This document shows, one piece after another, positions 16,953-26,480 of a stretch of DNA of 43,789 nt; position 1 is the first letter of the stretch, and the number at the start of each line of letters is the position of its first letter. Below the pieces are notes generated by a model that worked only from the letters and a program-made list of their open reading frames with translations, searched no databases and was not told the DNA's origin. Source of the DNA: a virus. Its lineage: Duplodnaviria > Caudoviricetes. The position numbers and the translations under genes were made by a program. The stretch spans positions 1-43,789 of IMG/VR virus record IMGVR_UViG_3300023107_000067, one strand, 5' to 3'.

Positions 16953-17996
16953 TCAGATGCCTGCTCGCTCGAAGGCGCGCGGCTCAAGGTCTTTCAGCTG
17001 TTGCAGGGTTAGCGTCTTGCCGTTGTCATCCACGAACTTGTCGAGGGTCAGGTTGCCTTTCGTGAACAAGGCGTACCGGTTAGGCCCGAGCACATCGCGC
17101 TGAAAGGATGCAGGCTGCCGTGACAACCAATCCTGATAGCTGGTCTTGCTGGATACCTGCTGAACGCCATCAGGTCCGATTGAGGGCCTTGTGGATCCTG
17201 GTATCTCCCGCGCGTACTCGTCTTTCAGGACAGGCAATGCAGCAGAACGGCAATTCCAGTGCCCAGGTGGTCGCGGATCGTCCCAGCCATACAGATGCTG
17301 GTCGCGGGCCTGACACATGGCGCTGGTCTTGCTGTCGAGTGTGGATATCCATCGCCAGCCCTTGAGGATGTCGTCGTTGGCCTTGAGCGTTTCCATTCGC
17401 GCCGTACTGGCGACATGGTTGGTCATGGTGCGAACGAGTGACGAGGCTTGATCTTGGTGGAGCTGGTGAATGCTGGTGAGGCGTCGGCCAATCTGCTGAC
17501 TGGTTTCGCCCAGAGATGAGCCGATCTGAATCTCGCCGATGATCTCGGCCGCCTTCTTGGTGCCGAACTGATCGAGCGCTCCGGCAATGCTGATTCGCTG
17601 CACACCGGCCCGAGCCTCAAGGATGAGCGGGTCAGCCAGTGCAGCAGCAGCGACCATTTGAGCTGACGGCACATTCAGCTGAACCACAGCCTTGATGACC
17701 TTTCCGAGCATCGTGGCGTTGAATTCAGCCTCATAGGACGCGAACTTGCCCAGATCCAACTGAGCCGCGCCCTTCATGTCGTCGTAGATGCCCCGCAAAT
17801 CACCCTGAAGCGATTCTATCTGTGAGGTGTAACGCTGGGAGCCGTAAGCGCTCAGCCCTGCCGATACTCGCTCCTTAGCGGTGCTGATGGCTTTGGCGAT
17901 GAACGTGGCAATCCGCTTAAGGTTGCCGCCCGCATATCGCTGGACATAAACCTGATGGCGGGTGGTTGCGTCGGTCAGATAGCCTTCGCTGCTCAT
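16953..17996 (-). CDS. Minor head protein (SPP1 gp7/Mu gpF family)
   Basis: RT..NH..W.STLD.KTS..C..RD..PPGHWNCRS. Confidence 0.9.
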   Translation of the reverse strand: MSSEGYLTDATTRHQVYVQRYAGGNLKRIATFIAKAISTAKERVSAGLSAYGSQRYTSQIESLQGDLRGIYDDMKGAAQLDLGKFASYEAEFNATMLGKVIKAVVQLNVPSAQMVAAAALADPLILEARAGVQRISIAGALDQFGTKKAAEIIGEIQIGSSLGETSQQIGRRLTSIHQLHQDQASSLVRTMTNHVASTARMETLKANDDILKGWRWISTLDSKTSAMCQARDQHLYGWDDPRPPGHWNCRSAALPVLKDEYAREIPGSTRPSIGPDGVQQVSSKTSYQDWLSRQPASFQRDVLGPNRYALFTKGNLTLDKFVDDNGKTLTLQQLKDLEPRAFERAGI

Positions 17997-19435
17997 TGTC
18001 CAGCCCCTACCGCCGCAGGCTCACTGCCCGCAACGGGCGCTTCAGTCTCGCGATCCCCTTCAATGTCGTCATCAGTGCGATCAGATTCGAGCACACCGGC
18101 CTGGCGCAGGTTGGTCCGCAGGTCCTTCTTGGCAATGATGCCCTGCTGCCAGAGCTGCATTTGCGCAAGGATTGACTGCGCGTCCATGACCTGATCGAAG
18201 AACTCTTGATTCAACCAAAACACCGTCTTGGCCTCGTCCACGGCGTCCATCATGAAGCGCTGGGCGTCTAACAGAGCCAGCTTGACTGCCTCTGACACGT
18301 TACCCGCGATGGTTCCGAGTACCGAGTTGTCAGAGCTGTACCGGATTCGAACAGCCTCAGCCGTCTCAGCGCCATTGCCCTGCTGGACGATGCGCGCGCC
18401 GATCATGAGCATCTGCGCCTCTTTGTCCTGCATCAGCGTGCGTGCAAGCTGGCTTTCATCAGCCTGGACAAGAGTTGCTGATCCTGCCTTGCCGAGCAAG
18501 TAGCCCCGCGTAGAGCCGATGTGCATGCCATTCGGATTCAGCTTGGCAAATGTATCGGGATCCATGTCCGAGGTGAGGAACAGTGTTGGCTGGCTGCTGA
18601 TGAATCCACTCTGCTCAACCGTGGCACTGTTGCCATAGTGAAGAATGTTCACCTCGGCCAAATCCTCAAGCGGGGCCTTGTCGACGCTCGCATCGTTGTT
18701 CTGTGAGCCGAAGAAGTGGAACGGGATGTGATCGAATGGCTTGCCCGCCTTGTCGGTGGGGTTGCTCTCTTCGCCTTCAGGAACGTCTTTGGTGTACACG
18801 CGCTGTACGTACTGCCCTTTAAGCAGCATCAGCGCGCGATATTGATCCTTTGCCGTGAACTCAAAGCCGTCGAGCGTGACCTCATTCAGCTTTTCGTGCA
18901 GAACGACCAATGTCAGGCGCTTAACGCCATCGATCACGTCTTCACGCCAGTTGATGATGCTCTCGGCTGGGTAGAAGTGGACGTAGGCCCGAGCTTTGGC
19001 AGACTGGGCGACAGTCAGTGATGTCTGGCCCTCTGGCAGTTCAACCTTAGGGAAGTCCACAAGAAAGCCGCCGCGACCAGTATCCAGGCACTCGCCTGTA
19101 GCCTCTTTGCACAATTGCTCAAGGCTGGCACCGTCACCACTGACATTCTCCAGCAAGTAATTAATGCCCGCAGGCAGCTCAACTTCAGCAGTCTTGCGGA
19201 AAACTGCACCCATGAGTCCGGTGCGCGTACGGCCAGTCACGTTGAGGAACATGGCGCGGCGTTTCAGCTGCTCATACCGCGCGAAGTTCTCATCGGACAG
19301 GTTGAGCGGGTCCGGCATTGGCAGATATTCGTTGTACTTGCGTACCTCTCGCGGGCCAGCTACGCAACGCTTGACCAGCTGCCAACCGGGCAAGGCATCG
19401 CTGTACTCCTGCCTGATGGCGCTGTAGTTGGGCAT
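17993..19435 (-). CDS. Portal protein (DUF4055-like)
   Basis: 480 aa after terminase; YLP..Y..RA.FLN.T.RT..G; I.NW; IPF. Confidence 0.9.
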   Translation of the reverse strand: MPNYSAIRQEYSDALPGWQLVKRCVAGPREVRKYNEYLPMPDPLNLSDENFARYEQLKRRAMFLNVTGRTRTGLMGAVFRKTAEVELPAGINYLLENVSGDGASLEQLCKEATGECLDTGRGGFLVDFPKVELPEGQTSLTVAQSAKARAYVHFYPAESIINWREDVIDGVKRLTLVVLHEKLNEVTLDGFEFTAKDQYRALMLLKGQYVQRVYTKDVPEGEESNPTDKAGKPFDHIPFHFFGSQNNDASVDKAPLEDLAEVNILHYGNSATVEQSGFISSQPTLFLTSDMDPDTFAKLNPNGMHIGSTRGYLLGKAGSATLVQADESQLARTLMQDKEAQMLMIGARIVQQGNGAETAEAVRIRYSSDNSVLGTIAGNVSEAVKLALLDAQRFMMDAVDEAKTVFWLNQEFFDQVMDAQSILAQMQLWQQGIIAKKDLRTNLRQAGVLESDRTDDDIEGDRETEAPVAGSEPAAVGAGQ

Positions 19436-19442
19436 ATTGGCC

Positions 19443-20723
19443 TCAGAAGGTGAAGGTAACGGGGATGTGAGTCATAGGCTTGATGATTGGAAACAGGTGG
19501 GCCAGCGGGTAGCCGGCCGCGTCAATCACGTGATCCACGCCGCTCGACTTGTCCGGCATGCCGTTCTTGTCGTAGGCCTGTTGCTCCAGGCCATCCGTGA
19601 GGTGCGGGCAACGATGCGTGTTGACCTTGAGCCGCCGAATTCCATCACCGTTGAGGATCAGGGCGTTTACGGCGTTCACACGGTCAGCAATAGCCGGGTT
19701 CGTCGAGTTGACGCGCACCGAAAGACCAGCCTGACGGATGATGCTCAGGTCCGACTCGCTGGCGTTCTTGCTGCTGGCGTTCTGGCCGGATGCGTCAGGG
19801 AATACCTGAACCGCATGTCCTTTGAGCTTGTAGCGTTCGTTGAACAGCGTGACCATCTGCGGCGTATCGCGGCCATCAACGATCTCATCCACGGCTACAG
19901 GCCAGCCATCACGCATCACGTAGACCACGGCGCTCATCTTCAGCCGGTTGAAGTCCATGCCGATCAGGACGGGCTCATTTGGCTGCAGCGTCTCGTCTGT
20001 GTGATTCAGCACCCGATTGAAGTCCGGATAAACGCTGCCGGATGTCAGGTTGGTGAATCGCCCCTCGATGTATGCGTCGATCAGAGCCGCCGGGTAGCTG
20101 TCACGAAGCGTCTGCACATAGTCGTCGGGTAGAAATGGGTTCGTGTACGTTGCAGCCTGGATCATCACGTAGCCGGGCTTCGGGTTTCGGCCCCAGGTGT
20201 CGTAGACGAACTGGAAGCCTTCCGGTGTTGTGTAGGCCGAGACGCGATTGAATGGTTTCTCAATGTCCGACGGCTGCTGCCTATTCCGCGCGATGATCTT
20301 GCGCCAGGCCATGGCCGCCTGAGCCTTCTTCAGCGTGTCGATTTCATCGACGTGTGCCCGGTATGACTCATAGCCAATGATGCGAGCCGGGTTTTCCAGC
20401 GTCCGCAGCACGAAGTCGCCGCAATTGGGCGAACTGGTGTAAATGATGTTCTCTTGCTTGTTGTACTTGTAGCGGATGCCCATGTCCGTGAGCTTCTCTT
20501 CCATGCGCGGGGCAAGGATGAGGCGTACCAAATCGTAAGTTGGTTCGTATAGGGCGATCAGTGCGCTGGATGACGACAGAGCGTCCCTCAGCGCGCAGTT
20601 GGCGAGGGTTTCAGTCTTCCCTGTACCGAAGCCTCCGACGAACGCCGGATATTTCTGAGTGAGTTGGTAGAAGTCAGCCTGTGGCTGCGTCATTTGAATC
20701 CGGAGCGTTCGACCTTCCACCAA
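19443..20723 (-). CDS. terL: Terminase large subunit
   Basis: Walker A GGFGTGKT, Walker B AHVDE, TTPEG, nuclease GMDFN and DH..DA..Y. Confidence 0.95.
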   Translation of the reverse strand: MVEGRTLRIQMTQPQADFYQLTQKYPAFVGGFGTGKTETLANCALRDALSSSSALIALYEPTYDLVRLILAPRMEEKLTDMGIRYKYNKQENIIYTSSPNCGDFVLRTLENPARIIGYESYRAHVDEIDTLKKAQAAMAWRKIIARNRQQPSDIEKPFNRVSAYTTPEGFQFVYDTWGRNPKPGYVMIQAATYTNPFLPDDYVQTLRDSYPAALIDAYIEGRFTNLTSGSVYPDFNRVLNHTDETLQPNEPVLIGMDFNRLKMSAVVYVMRDGWPVAVDEIVDGRDTPQMVTLFNERYKLKGHAVQVFPDASGQNASSKNASESDLSIIRQAGLSVRVNSTNPAIADRVNAVNALILNGDGIRRLKVNTHRCPHLTDGLEQQAYDKNGMPDKSSGVDHVIDAAGYPLAHLFPIIKPMTHIPVTFTF

Positions 20724-21219
20724 CCACCTCGATTTCGATTCTGGCTACCGGTGGCAACTCAATAGGATTGGTTTTCAGCAGCTCGGCGCGGGTCCGCTCA
20801 AGGCTTTCAATGCGGCCGGTTAGTCGGTCGATCATGCTGGCGTAGTCGCGAACCTTCGTGGTCGTGGTGACCTTAGCCAACCCTTCGATGACTCGGCCCT
20901 CTATCTCGATTGGTTCTGACTTCTCCGAATCAAGCTCAAGTGTGTTGCCGAACTCGTTCTCCCGAGCCAGCGCACGCATCAACCGAATCCGGGTCAGGCG
21001 CAGCTCATCGTCCACGCGCCCCAGCTCAATGCCGGCGAGCATGTCGTTCTCTGCTTCAGTGAGGAACTGGCTGTAGATCGATCCGGGCTTGGCGGCGTGT
21101 TTGTTGGCCTTGTTGGCCTTAGAAGCCGCACCACCGTGTAACTTGCACCGCGAGGAACCCGGAACAGCGTGTCGCTTGCATGGTTCCCCTGAGCGCGTTT
21201 TAGCGCCACATAGGGCCAT
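20674..21219 (-). CDS. terS: Terminase small subunit
   Basis: CGAKTRSG.PC..RCKLHGG N-terminus; overlaps terL. Confidence 0.8.
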   Translation of the reverse strand: MALCGAKTRSGEPCKRHAVPGSSRCKLHGGAASKANKANKHAAKPGSIYSQFLTEAENDMLAGIELGRVDDELRLTRIRLMRALARENEFGNTLELDSEKSEPIEIEGRVIEGLAKVTTTTKVRDYASMIDRLTGRIESLERTRAELLKTNPIELPPVARIEIEVVGGRSNAPDSNDAATG

Positions 21220-21290
21220 GGGCTTGCCTCATTCATGGGGTGTTGTTGCAGAACGATTCATTCAACGTCGTTCGAACGTCATTCAATGGG

Positions 21291-21728
21291 TCATTCGATT
21301 GTCTTTGCGATGCTCAGCGTCCGAACCAGCCCGCCAGTACACGTATCCCGCTTCTTGGCCATCTCTACGGCTTCAGCAGCACTCGCGCCCATGTCCATTG
21401 CGGTGAGGGCGTGAGGGCCTCCACTGCCGATTGCATAGGGCTTTTCGCCAACCAGCGGGCTTTTCCAGAATCCGTCCTCACCATCATTCCCTGCATACCA
21501 CAACCCGTCGGCGTCAATGATGATGGCTGAGCAGTGCAGGTCACGCGCTTCGGTGCCACCAAAGTAGGCGGCGACCAGTCTTGCGTAATGACTCGTCTTG
21601 CCCGCGAGGATGAACTTGACACCCTTCTCTTCTCGGCACTTCTGGAAATCGTCGTACAGAATTTCGGAATCGCGAGTGATACGAGAGTCATAGGCGATCA
21701 CGCCGTCTTTGTAGGCAATGGTCGTCAT
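21291..21728 (-). CDS. Ntn-hydrolase (HslV/proteasome-beta-like) protein
   Basis: MTTIAY..VIAYDSR.T N-terminus, YAIGSGG..AL.AM..GA, RD..TGG. Confidence 0.8.
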   Translation of the reverse strand: MTTIAYKDGVIAYDSRITRDSEILYDDFQKCREEKGVKFILAGKTSHYARLVAAYFGGTEARDLHCSAIIIDADGLWYAGNDGEDGFWKSPLVGEKPYAIGSGGPHALTAMDMGASAAEAVEMAKKRDTCTGGLVRTLSIAKTIE

Positions 21729-21740
21729 ATGGTGTCTCGA

Positions 21741-21872
21741 TCAGGTGATGGTGCAGGAAGGCCAGATACTGCGCGCAAACGCCAGTGCCGATACATGGTC
21801 CATCGCCTGACTGAGCAGGATCATGGGGAAGGGTTTGTAGCCGGGGGTGGTGACAACCCATGATTTCTTCAT
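21741..21872 (-). CDS. 43-aa hypothetical protein (not in ORF track)
   Basis: MKKSWVVTTPGYKPFPMILL...WPSCTIT with GAGGTG RBS; fills the intergenic gap. Confidence 0.6.
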   Translation of the reverse strand: MKKSWVVTTPGYKPFPMILLSQAMDHVSALAFARSIWPSCTIT

Positions 21873-21884
21873 GCGGTATCACCT

Positions 21885-21920
21885 CGCGCCACGATTTCGT
21901 TAGCGCCGTTTCGTGGCGCG
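21885..21920. repeat. Spaced palindrome, copy 1
   Basis: CGCGCCACGA-N16-TCGTGGCGCG. Confidence 0.9.
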
Positions 21921-21922
21921 GA

Positions 21923-22312
21923 TTACCTGACGAACCCGCTGAACTTGCGCGGCAGCATCCGGGCGACATTGCCTCGGGCGTACACGACGAAGAACAGGAC
22001 ACAGATCATCACAAGGGTGAGTGGTGGCTGAACCACTGCCGCAAAGGTGTTGAAGTTCACAGCCACACGGAAAGCTTCAGCTGCGTTGGCCCCGGCGAAT
22101 ACCCCGGCCACGATGCCTACAGTCTTGCGGTGCTGCGTGGTAGGAGCTTGGTAGCCGACCACACACAGGAATATCAGAAGGTGGCACACGCCGCGCGATC
22201 CAAGCAGGAACTCAGGCATCACACTGCCAAGCCAGTCAAGGAACGAGTACGCGCCAGTCATGACCATGGCGAAGAATGCGGCTATCGACGGACGTTGAAG
22301 GAATTCATTCAT
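21923..22312 (-). CDS. Multi-TM membrane protein (holin-associated)
   Basis: Several hydrophobic segments, C-terminal RGNVARM, coupled to the upstream membrane gene. Confidence 0.65.
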   Translation of the reverse strand: MNEFLQRPSIAAFFAMVMTGAYSFLDWLGSVMPEFLLGSRGVCHLLIFLCVVGYQAPTTQHRKTVGIVAGVFAGANAAEAFRVAVNFNTFAAVVQPPLTLVMICVLFFVVYARGNVARMLPRKFSGFVR

Positions 22313-22709
22313 CTCGCTTACCTCGCTGCATGAAGGCTGGCATCAACCCTGCCACCCAATCAATCCAGTCTGGTCGCGGGCCTCCATCAGCCCAGCGCTT
22401 GAGAGAACCTACAACCCAGGATGCGAGCGCCGACACGATACAGGCCGCAATCGCCGCAAGCCCATTGTTCGACCCAAGACTCAGAATAAATATCCCGACC
22501 AGATAGCCGATGATGCAGGAACCGATCGCGTAGAAAGCGCGCGAGCTCCACGGGAGAGTCGCAGAGGCAGCCAGGAACATGCAGCATCCACCTATGGAGC
22601 CCATAGCGAGGGATTGCTCGGCGGTGAGCATGAACCAGGCCATGGCGACACCACTACCATTGGCAGCCCCAGTTATCACGGCACCGCCTACTACGCTCTC
22701 TGCCGCCAT
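22305..22709 (-). CDS. Putative holin
   Basis: 3-4 TM segments, charged C-terminus, located between Q and terminase. Confidence 0.6.
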   Translation of the reverse strand: MAAESVVGGAVITGAANGSGVAMAWFMLTAEQSLAMGSIGGCCMFLAASATLPWSSRAFYAIGSCIIGYLVGIFILSLGSNNGLAAIAACIVSALASWVVGSLKRWADGGPRPDWIDWVAGLMPAFMQRGKRDE

Positions 22710-22742
22710 AGGGACCTCTTCCGACTTGTCTTCATCTGCTCT

Positions 22743-22994
22743 CTACCATGAGACGGGGCGGCTCCACTCAAGCCCGAATACCCAGGCGCATATGGCAAAA
22801 CCGACGATTGCTGTTCCGAAAACAGCGCACAGCGCCATTGCCGATTGATTGAGTCTTGTCTCATCTGCAGGCTTTACGGCTTGAACGATGAAGAACGAGG
22901 CCAGGAAGATGTTCGAGCTTATGTCTCGATTCATCAGGTAACTGACCAGGGCCAGAGACGCCAACGCCAAGCTCCAGCATGTGGAACGGGTCAT
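22743..22994 (-). CDS. Small membrane protein
   Basis: MTRSTCWSLALASLAL..., about three hydrophobic segments, GGAG RBS. Confidence 0.6.
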   Translation of the reverse strand: MTRSTCWSLALASLALVSYLMNRDISSNIFLASFFIVQAVKPADETRLNQSAMALCAVFGTAIVGFAICAWVFGLEWSRPVSW

Positions 22995-23006
22995 CGTCTC
23001 TCCGAA

Positions 23007-23035
23007 ATAAAAAAAGGCCGGAATGCAATCGGCCA
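23007..23035 (-). terminator. Late-leader terminator 3
   Basis: Minus strand GGCCG-ATTGCATTC-CGGCC-TTTTTTT. Confidence 0.65.
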
Positions 23036-23175
23036 AGGACTCACCCTGGAGCGGGCTGGTGTAACAGGTCCGAATGAGGCCCTCGCTGAACTTGCATGCA
23101 GAGGTTCCGAGGGATTGGGGAAAGCGGTACATCCGGGAAAGCGTCCACTTGGGTAGCGGCTTTCCTCGGAGATAC

Positions 23176-23207
23176 AAAAAAGCCCGGCGCATATGTCCGG
23201 GCTTTTT
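23176..23207. terminator. Late-leader terminator 2, bidirectional
   Basis: AAAAAGCCCGG-CGCATATGT-CCGGGCTTTTT. Confidence 0.75.
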
Positions 23208-23226
23208 CCATTGCTACCAGGCTTAT

Positions 23227-23526
23227 TCAGCAGTACGAGAGGCCCGCACCAACACCGACGCCTTCAGGCTCGGGTTTGGTGGAGGCCATCACGAAGTGAT
23301 TGCTGGATGCACGCAGATTGCTTTTCAGGGATTCGTCAGCACCGGAACTACCCGTTCGCCACATGGCGAGAGTCAGTTCCAGCCGCTTCAGGCCCACACC
23401 CGGCAACTCGGCCAGGGCTACAGCGGATCGGTAGGCATAAGCGACAGGCTCAGCCAGTACCGACATGGAGAAACAGGACAGGCATGCGGCAAGCGCAAAG
23501 CCCAGATACATAGCGATTCGATGCAT
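23227..23526 (-). CDS. Exported or lipoprotein-like hypothetical protein, first late gene
   Basis: MHRIAMYLGFALAACLSCFSMSVLAEP signal-like N-terminus; GAGG RBS. Confidence 0.6.
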   Translation of the reverse strand: MHRIAMYLGFALAACLSCFSMSVLAEPVAYAYRSAVALAELPGVGLKRLELTLAMWRTGSSGADESLKSNLRASSNHFVMASTKPEPEGVGVGAGLSYC

Positions 23527-23567
23527 ACGGCATTCCTCGGTGAGTTGATTTGCTTTTCTCAGGTCAC

Positions 23568-23596
23568 AAAAAAACCCGCTCGACTGGCGGGTTTTC
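23568..23596. terminator. tR'-like terminator
   Basis: AAAACCCGC-TCGACTG-GCGGGTTTT, about 35 nt downstream of the late promoter start. Confidence 0.75.
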
Positions 23597-23636
23597 CGGA
23601 GCAAGTTGCCGTAGGCAAAATACTCAATGTGGCAAA

Positions 23637-23665
23637 ATGATGCCGCCAGCCGCACGGGAAGTCAA
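23637..23665 (-). promoter_or_regulatory. Late promoter pR'-like
   Basis: Minus strand TTGACT-17 bp-CATCAT, overlapping the Q stop codon and followed by a terminator. Confidence 0.65.
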
Positions 23666-24243
23666 GCGGCTTCTTTCATCTTGTAAATTGCAGCCCCAAT
23701 CGGGCTTAGAGCCATGCGATCCAGGTCCTCGCAGCAGTCGAAAGTGAGCCGCACCATGCACTCCCAATCGCGGTCCCAGTTAAACGATTCGAGGCGAACC
23801 CCGTACTCGGCGAGCAGCCACGAACGGAACGATTCAGGCTTGATCAACGGATCCGCATTAGCTGACTGCCCGCCCTGATTCATATATCGGTACCGGCGCA
23901 TCACACCCTTGACCACGAATTCAAGCTTTTCGCGTTTCGCCGCAGTCATCCGCTTGGACTTGGAAACCACCATGCCGAAGATCAGATCCTCTGCCGCCTC
24001 GCGGATGTCGTCATCCCGGTTGGCCGCATACATGTATTCCCCGAACAGCCGGACCTGAGGGTGAAGACGGGAGATTGCTGACTGGATGTGACCGGCCAGC
24101 GCGCTGTGCATCGCGTGATTGGCGGTAGGCCCGCGCTCAGTTGCCTGGACCACCACGCCGAGTTGGACGACATCCGAGGTCTGGCCGGGTGCCGGGTTGT
24201 AGGTGCAGTCGTGCCACGCTTGCCGAGCTGAGTTGATATTCAT
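23662..24243 (-). CDS. Late antiterminator Q-like protein
   Basis: Last gene of the nin region, directly before pR'/tR'; SARQAWHDC N-terminus; assignment mainly positional. Confidence 0.6.
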   Translation of the reverse strand: MNINSARQAWHDCTYNPAPGQTSDVVQLGVVVQATERGPTANHAMHSALAGHIQSAISRLHPQVRLFGEYMYAANRDDDIREAAEDLIFGMVVSKSKRMTAAKREKLEFVVKGVMRRYRYMNQGGQSANADPLIKPESFRSWLLAEYGVRLESFNWDRDWECMVRLTFDCCEDLDRMALSPIGAAIYKMKEAA

Positions 24244-24830
24244 GCCGCCTCTCCCCTTTTCAATTCTCTGGTCAGTGCCCGGTAATGCGCGGTCAGCGCT
24301 TTCAGCTCATCGATCGTGTATTTCTTCGGCTCATGCGGACCCTCAAGCCACAAAACCTTGTCTTCACCAATCCGTCGCACCAGCTCCACGCGATAGTTGA
24401 GGAGGTCGCCTGATTTGTGGGTGTTACAGGGGGCGCATTGCCTCCAGACGTTGAGGGGTTCGTATCGGAGCGCTGGGTGGCCACCAACCGATTTGAAATG
24501 CCCCGCTTGCCATTGGCCGTTGTGGTGGCGACCGCAGCTGACGCATGGCAGGCCGATATCCCGTGCGCGGATCCAGGCGTTGAACGCTTTTTGCGTGTCT
24601 GCCAGGTGCTCGCCTCGACTCTTCAGCTTCTCCCGTCGAACGCCAATCTCTTTGCGTTCTCGCTGAGCTATGGCTTTGCGCGCTTTGTCGTGATTGCTGG
24701 GCGCATCCACAATCGCGCACGCCGGACTGCACACCGCCTGACCCAGCCGCGCAGGGACGAATGAGGCCCCACACGAAGCCACGCGGCACTTCTTAGCCTT
24801 CCGCACCTTCACACTGGCAAGCATGGGCAT
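24240..24830 (-). CDS. ninG: NinG/Rap-family endonuclease
   Basis: CRVASC..CSPAC, FNAWIRARD..PCVSCG..AGHF..QCAPCN..SG. Confidence 0.9.
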   Translation of the reverse strand: MPMLASVKVRKAKKCRVASCGASFVPARLGQAVCSPACAIVDAPSNHDKARKAIAQRERKEIGVRREKLKSRGEHLADTQKAFNAWIRARDIGLPCVSCGRHHNGQWQAGHFKSVGGHPALRYEPLNVWRQCAPCNTHKSGDLLNYRVELVRRIGEDKVLWLEGPHEPKKYTIDELKALTAHYRALTRELKRGEAA

Positions 24831-25009
24831 TCCCCCTCTACGCATCCCACACAGCGGTTCAGGGGCTCTGGGTGGGCACGATCAACCTTGATCAGTCGAT
24901 TAGCTTCGGCCTCAGACGAAACCATGAACGCGGGAGCGCTCTCACCTGGGCGGTAGACATGCAGGGAATTGGCAGCGCCCGTGACGAGCTTGATGACGTA
25001 GCCGTTCAT
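24809..25009 (-). CDS. Hypothetical nin-region protein
   Basis: 66-aa ORF with ATGA coupling; Cys-rich end. Confidence 0.55.
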   Translation of the reverse strand: MNGYVIKLVTGAANSLHVYRPGESAPAFMVSSEAEANRLIKVDRAHPEPLNRCVGCVEGECPCLPV

Positions 25010-25182
25010 GACTGCAGCCCCTTATCCCGCGAGTTGCCGAGCAGCGACTTCTGCCCCTCGTCCAGCTTCCAGTCGAACTTCTCCTTGCAGCCTGTGGCGC
25101 ACTGGCGAAGGTTGAGGCTTGGCATGCTGACCATGGGCTCGCCGCAATCTGGGCAGGGTTTTCCTTTTGGTGAATCAGTCAT
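25006..25182 (-). CDS. Small zinc-ribbon protein (not in ORF track)
   Basis: MTDSPKGKPCPDCG..QCATGC..FDWKL, 58 aa, GGAGG RBS, ATGA overlaps at both ends. Confidence 0.7.
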   Translation of the reverse strand: MTDSPKGKPCPDCGEPMVSMPSLNLRQCATGCKEKFDWKLDEGQKSLLGNSRDKGLQS

Positions 25183-25304
25183 ACCCAGCCTCCCTGAAAC
25201 TCAATGCACAGCTCTGGACGCTCATAGGCTTTTGCCATGAAGGTGGTGAGGTGGTTTGCGGCGGATTTGAACACTGGCAAAATTTGCCATAGTTGGATTT
25301 TCAT
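25179..25304 (-). CDS. 41-aa hypothetical protein (not in ORF track)
   Basis: MKIQLWQILPVFK...QGGWV; ATGA overlaps at both ends. Confidence 0.55.
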   Translation of the reverse strand: MKIQLWQILPVFKSAANHLTTFMAKAYERPELCIEFQGGWV

Positions 25305-25771
25305 GCTGCCAACTCCCCGAGCAGATCGGTAAACACCACGCCTTTCGCCGAGAACTCAGCAGCGATACGATCCGTGTAGGCGATGCCCTGCGCCCGATTG
25401 AAAAGGCGCGTCACCGGAAAACCGTCGGGGCCGAAGAGCGCATTGCCGCCCATCAAGTCGAGCTTTTCCTCGTAGGACAGGTGGCGCATGGTCCGATGCC
25501 ATGAGGCGCGGAAGTCCTCGTCTTCGTTGAGCAGGATTTGAACGCCTACGTGCAACTTGCAGTACCGGCGCGCGTCCTCGATGTCGCCGATCTGGGTCAT
25601 CTGGCTGATTCGCTGATACATGGCAAACCACAGGGCGTTCTGATCGAGGGTGCGATCCTTGCCCGGGCGCAGCGACACGACGACATATCGCTTTGCCTGG
25701 AACATGGCCGTCAGGCTGGTGATTGCCTCGGTGAGCTTGGCTTGGCTGTTGACGCTGATTTTATCGGCCAT
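25301..25771 (-). CDS. NinB/Orf-like protein
   Basis: RTLDQNALWFAMY motif; nin-region position. Confidence 0.65.
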   Translation of the reverse strand: MADKISVNSQAKLTEAITSLTAMFQAKRYVVVSLRPGKDRTLDQNALWFAMYQRISQMTQIGDIEDARRYCKLHVGVQILLNEDEDFRASWHRTMRHLSYEEKLDLMGGNALFGPDGFPVTRLFNRAQGIAYTDRIAAEFSAKGVVFTDLLGELAA

Positions 25772-26480
25772 AGCAGTACGCCTTCCCTTCGATGGCGCAA
25801 TGCATGCGGCGCGCCTCTTCCTGCTTCAGGGAGTTGCCGCCCTCCACCCATGGCACGTACTCGCAGAGATTCGCCCATTGTTCGTAGATGGTGCGGGATG
25901 AAGCCTCATCCTCTGCGGTCCACTTTCCAGACTGGTCGGGGGTATCGAGTACAGGCTCGACACCCTCCGAGCCTGAGCGCAGTGGACTACCCTGCAAGCC
26001 TTTTCGCTTCAAGTAGTCCATAGCTGGATCAGTGAGCGCGTTGCCCAGCGCGGCTTTGCGAAGCTTGCGGACGAGTTTGCGAATAATTGCGGCGCAGTCG
26101 TCCACGCATGAGGCTTTCTCCCGCAGCCCTTCGCACTCAGCCTTGAGCTGGTCAATGTCGCCCTCGGCAGAACGAAGGCATCCACGAATCGTGCTGAGCG
26201 TGTCTTCGCTCACCTCGAACCGGCATTCGACGGTGTTATTGGCTGCGCGTAGCCGCTCAATTTCAGCTATCAGTCCCAGCACTACCGCTGGATTGGCGGC
26301 GGCGATGAACATCAGATTGGCCGGATGCTGGTCTTCGTGGCAGATGTCACTGCCATCTTCGGTCTCCATCAAATGCTTGGTGTAGCCGTCCTCGTACCAG
26401 TAGAGATTGCCGCTCTCGCTAGCCCATTGGCCCGGTGTTGCAGCCTCAGCCAGCACTTTCAATTTCGCGTAATCACTCAT
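25761..26480 (-). CDS. Ead/Ea22-like mosaic protein
   Basis: LK.LAEAATPG.W..N..FIAAANPAVVL.LIAEIERLR. Confidence 0.75.
   Translation of the reverse strand: MSDYAKLKVLAEAATPGQWASESGNLYWYEDGYTKHLMETEDGSDICHEDQHPANLMFIAAANPAVVLGLIAEIERLRAANNTVECRFEVSEDTLSTIRGCLRSAEGDIDQLKAECEGLREKASCVDDCAAIIRKLVRKLRKAALGNALTDPAMDYLKRKGLQGSPLRSGSEGVEPVLDTPDQSGKWTAEDEASSRTIYEQWANLCEYVPWVEGGNSLKQEEARRMHCAIEGKAYCYGR

Noticed and set aside
5120-20132. Long + strand ORFs (for example 8110-8937, 11711-12775, 15310-16347, 19428-20132)
   Set aside because: Antisense shadows of well-supported, GC3-biased structural genes, with no motifs of their own
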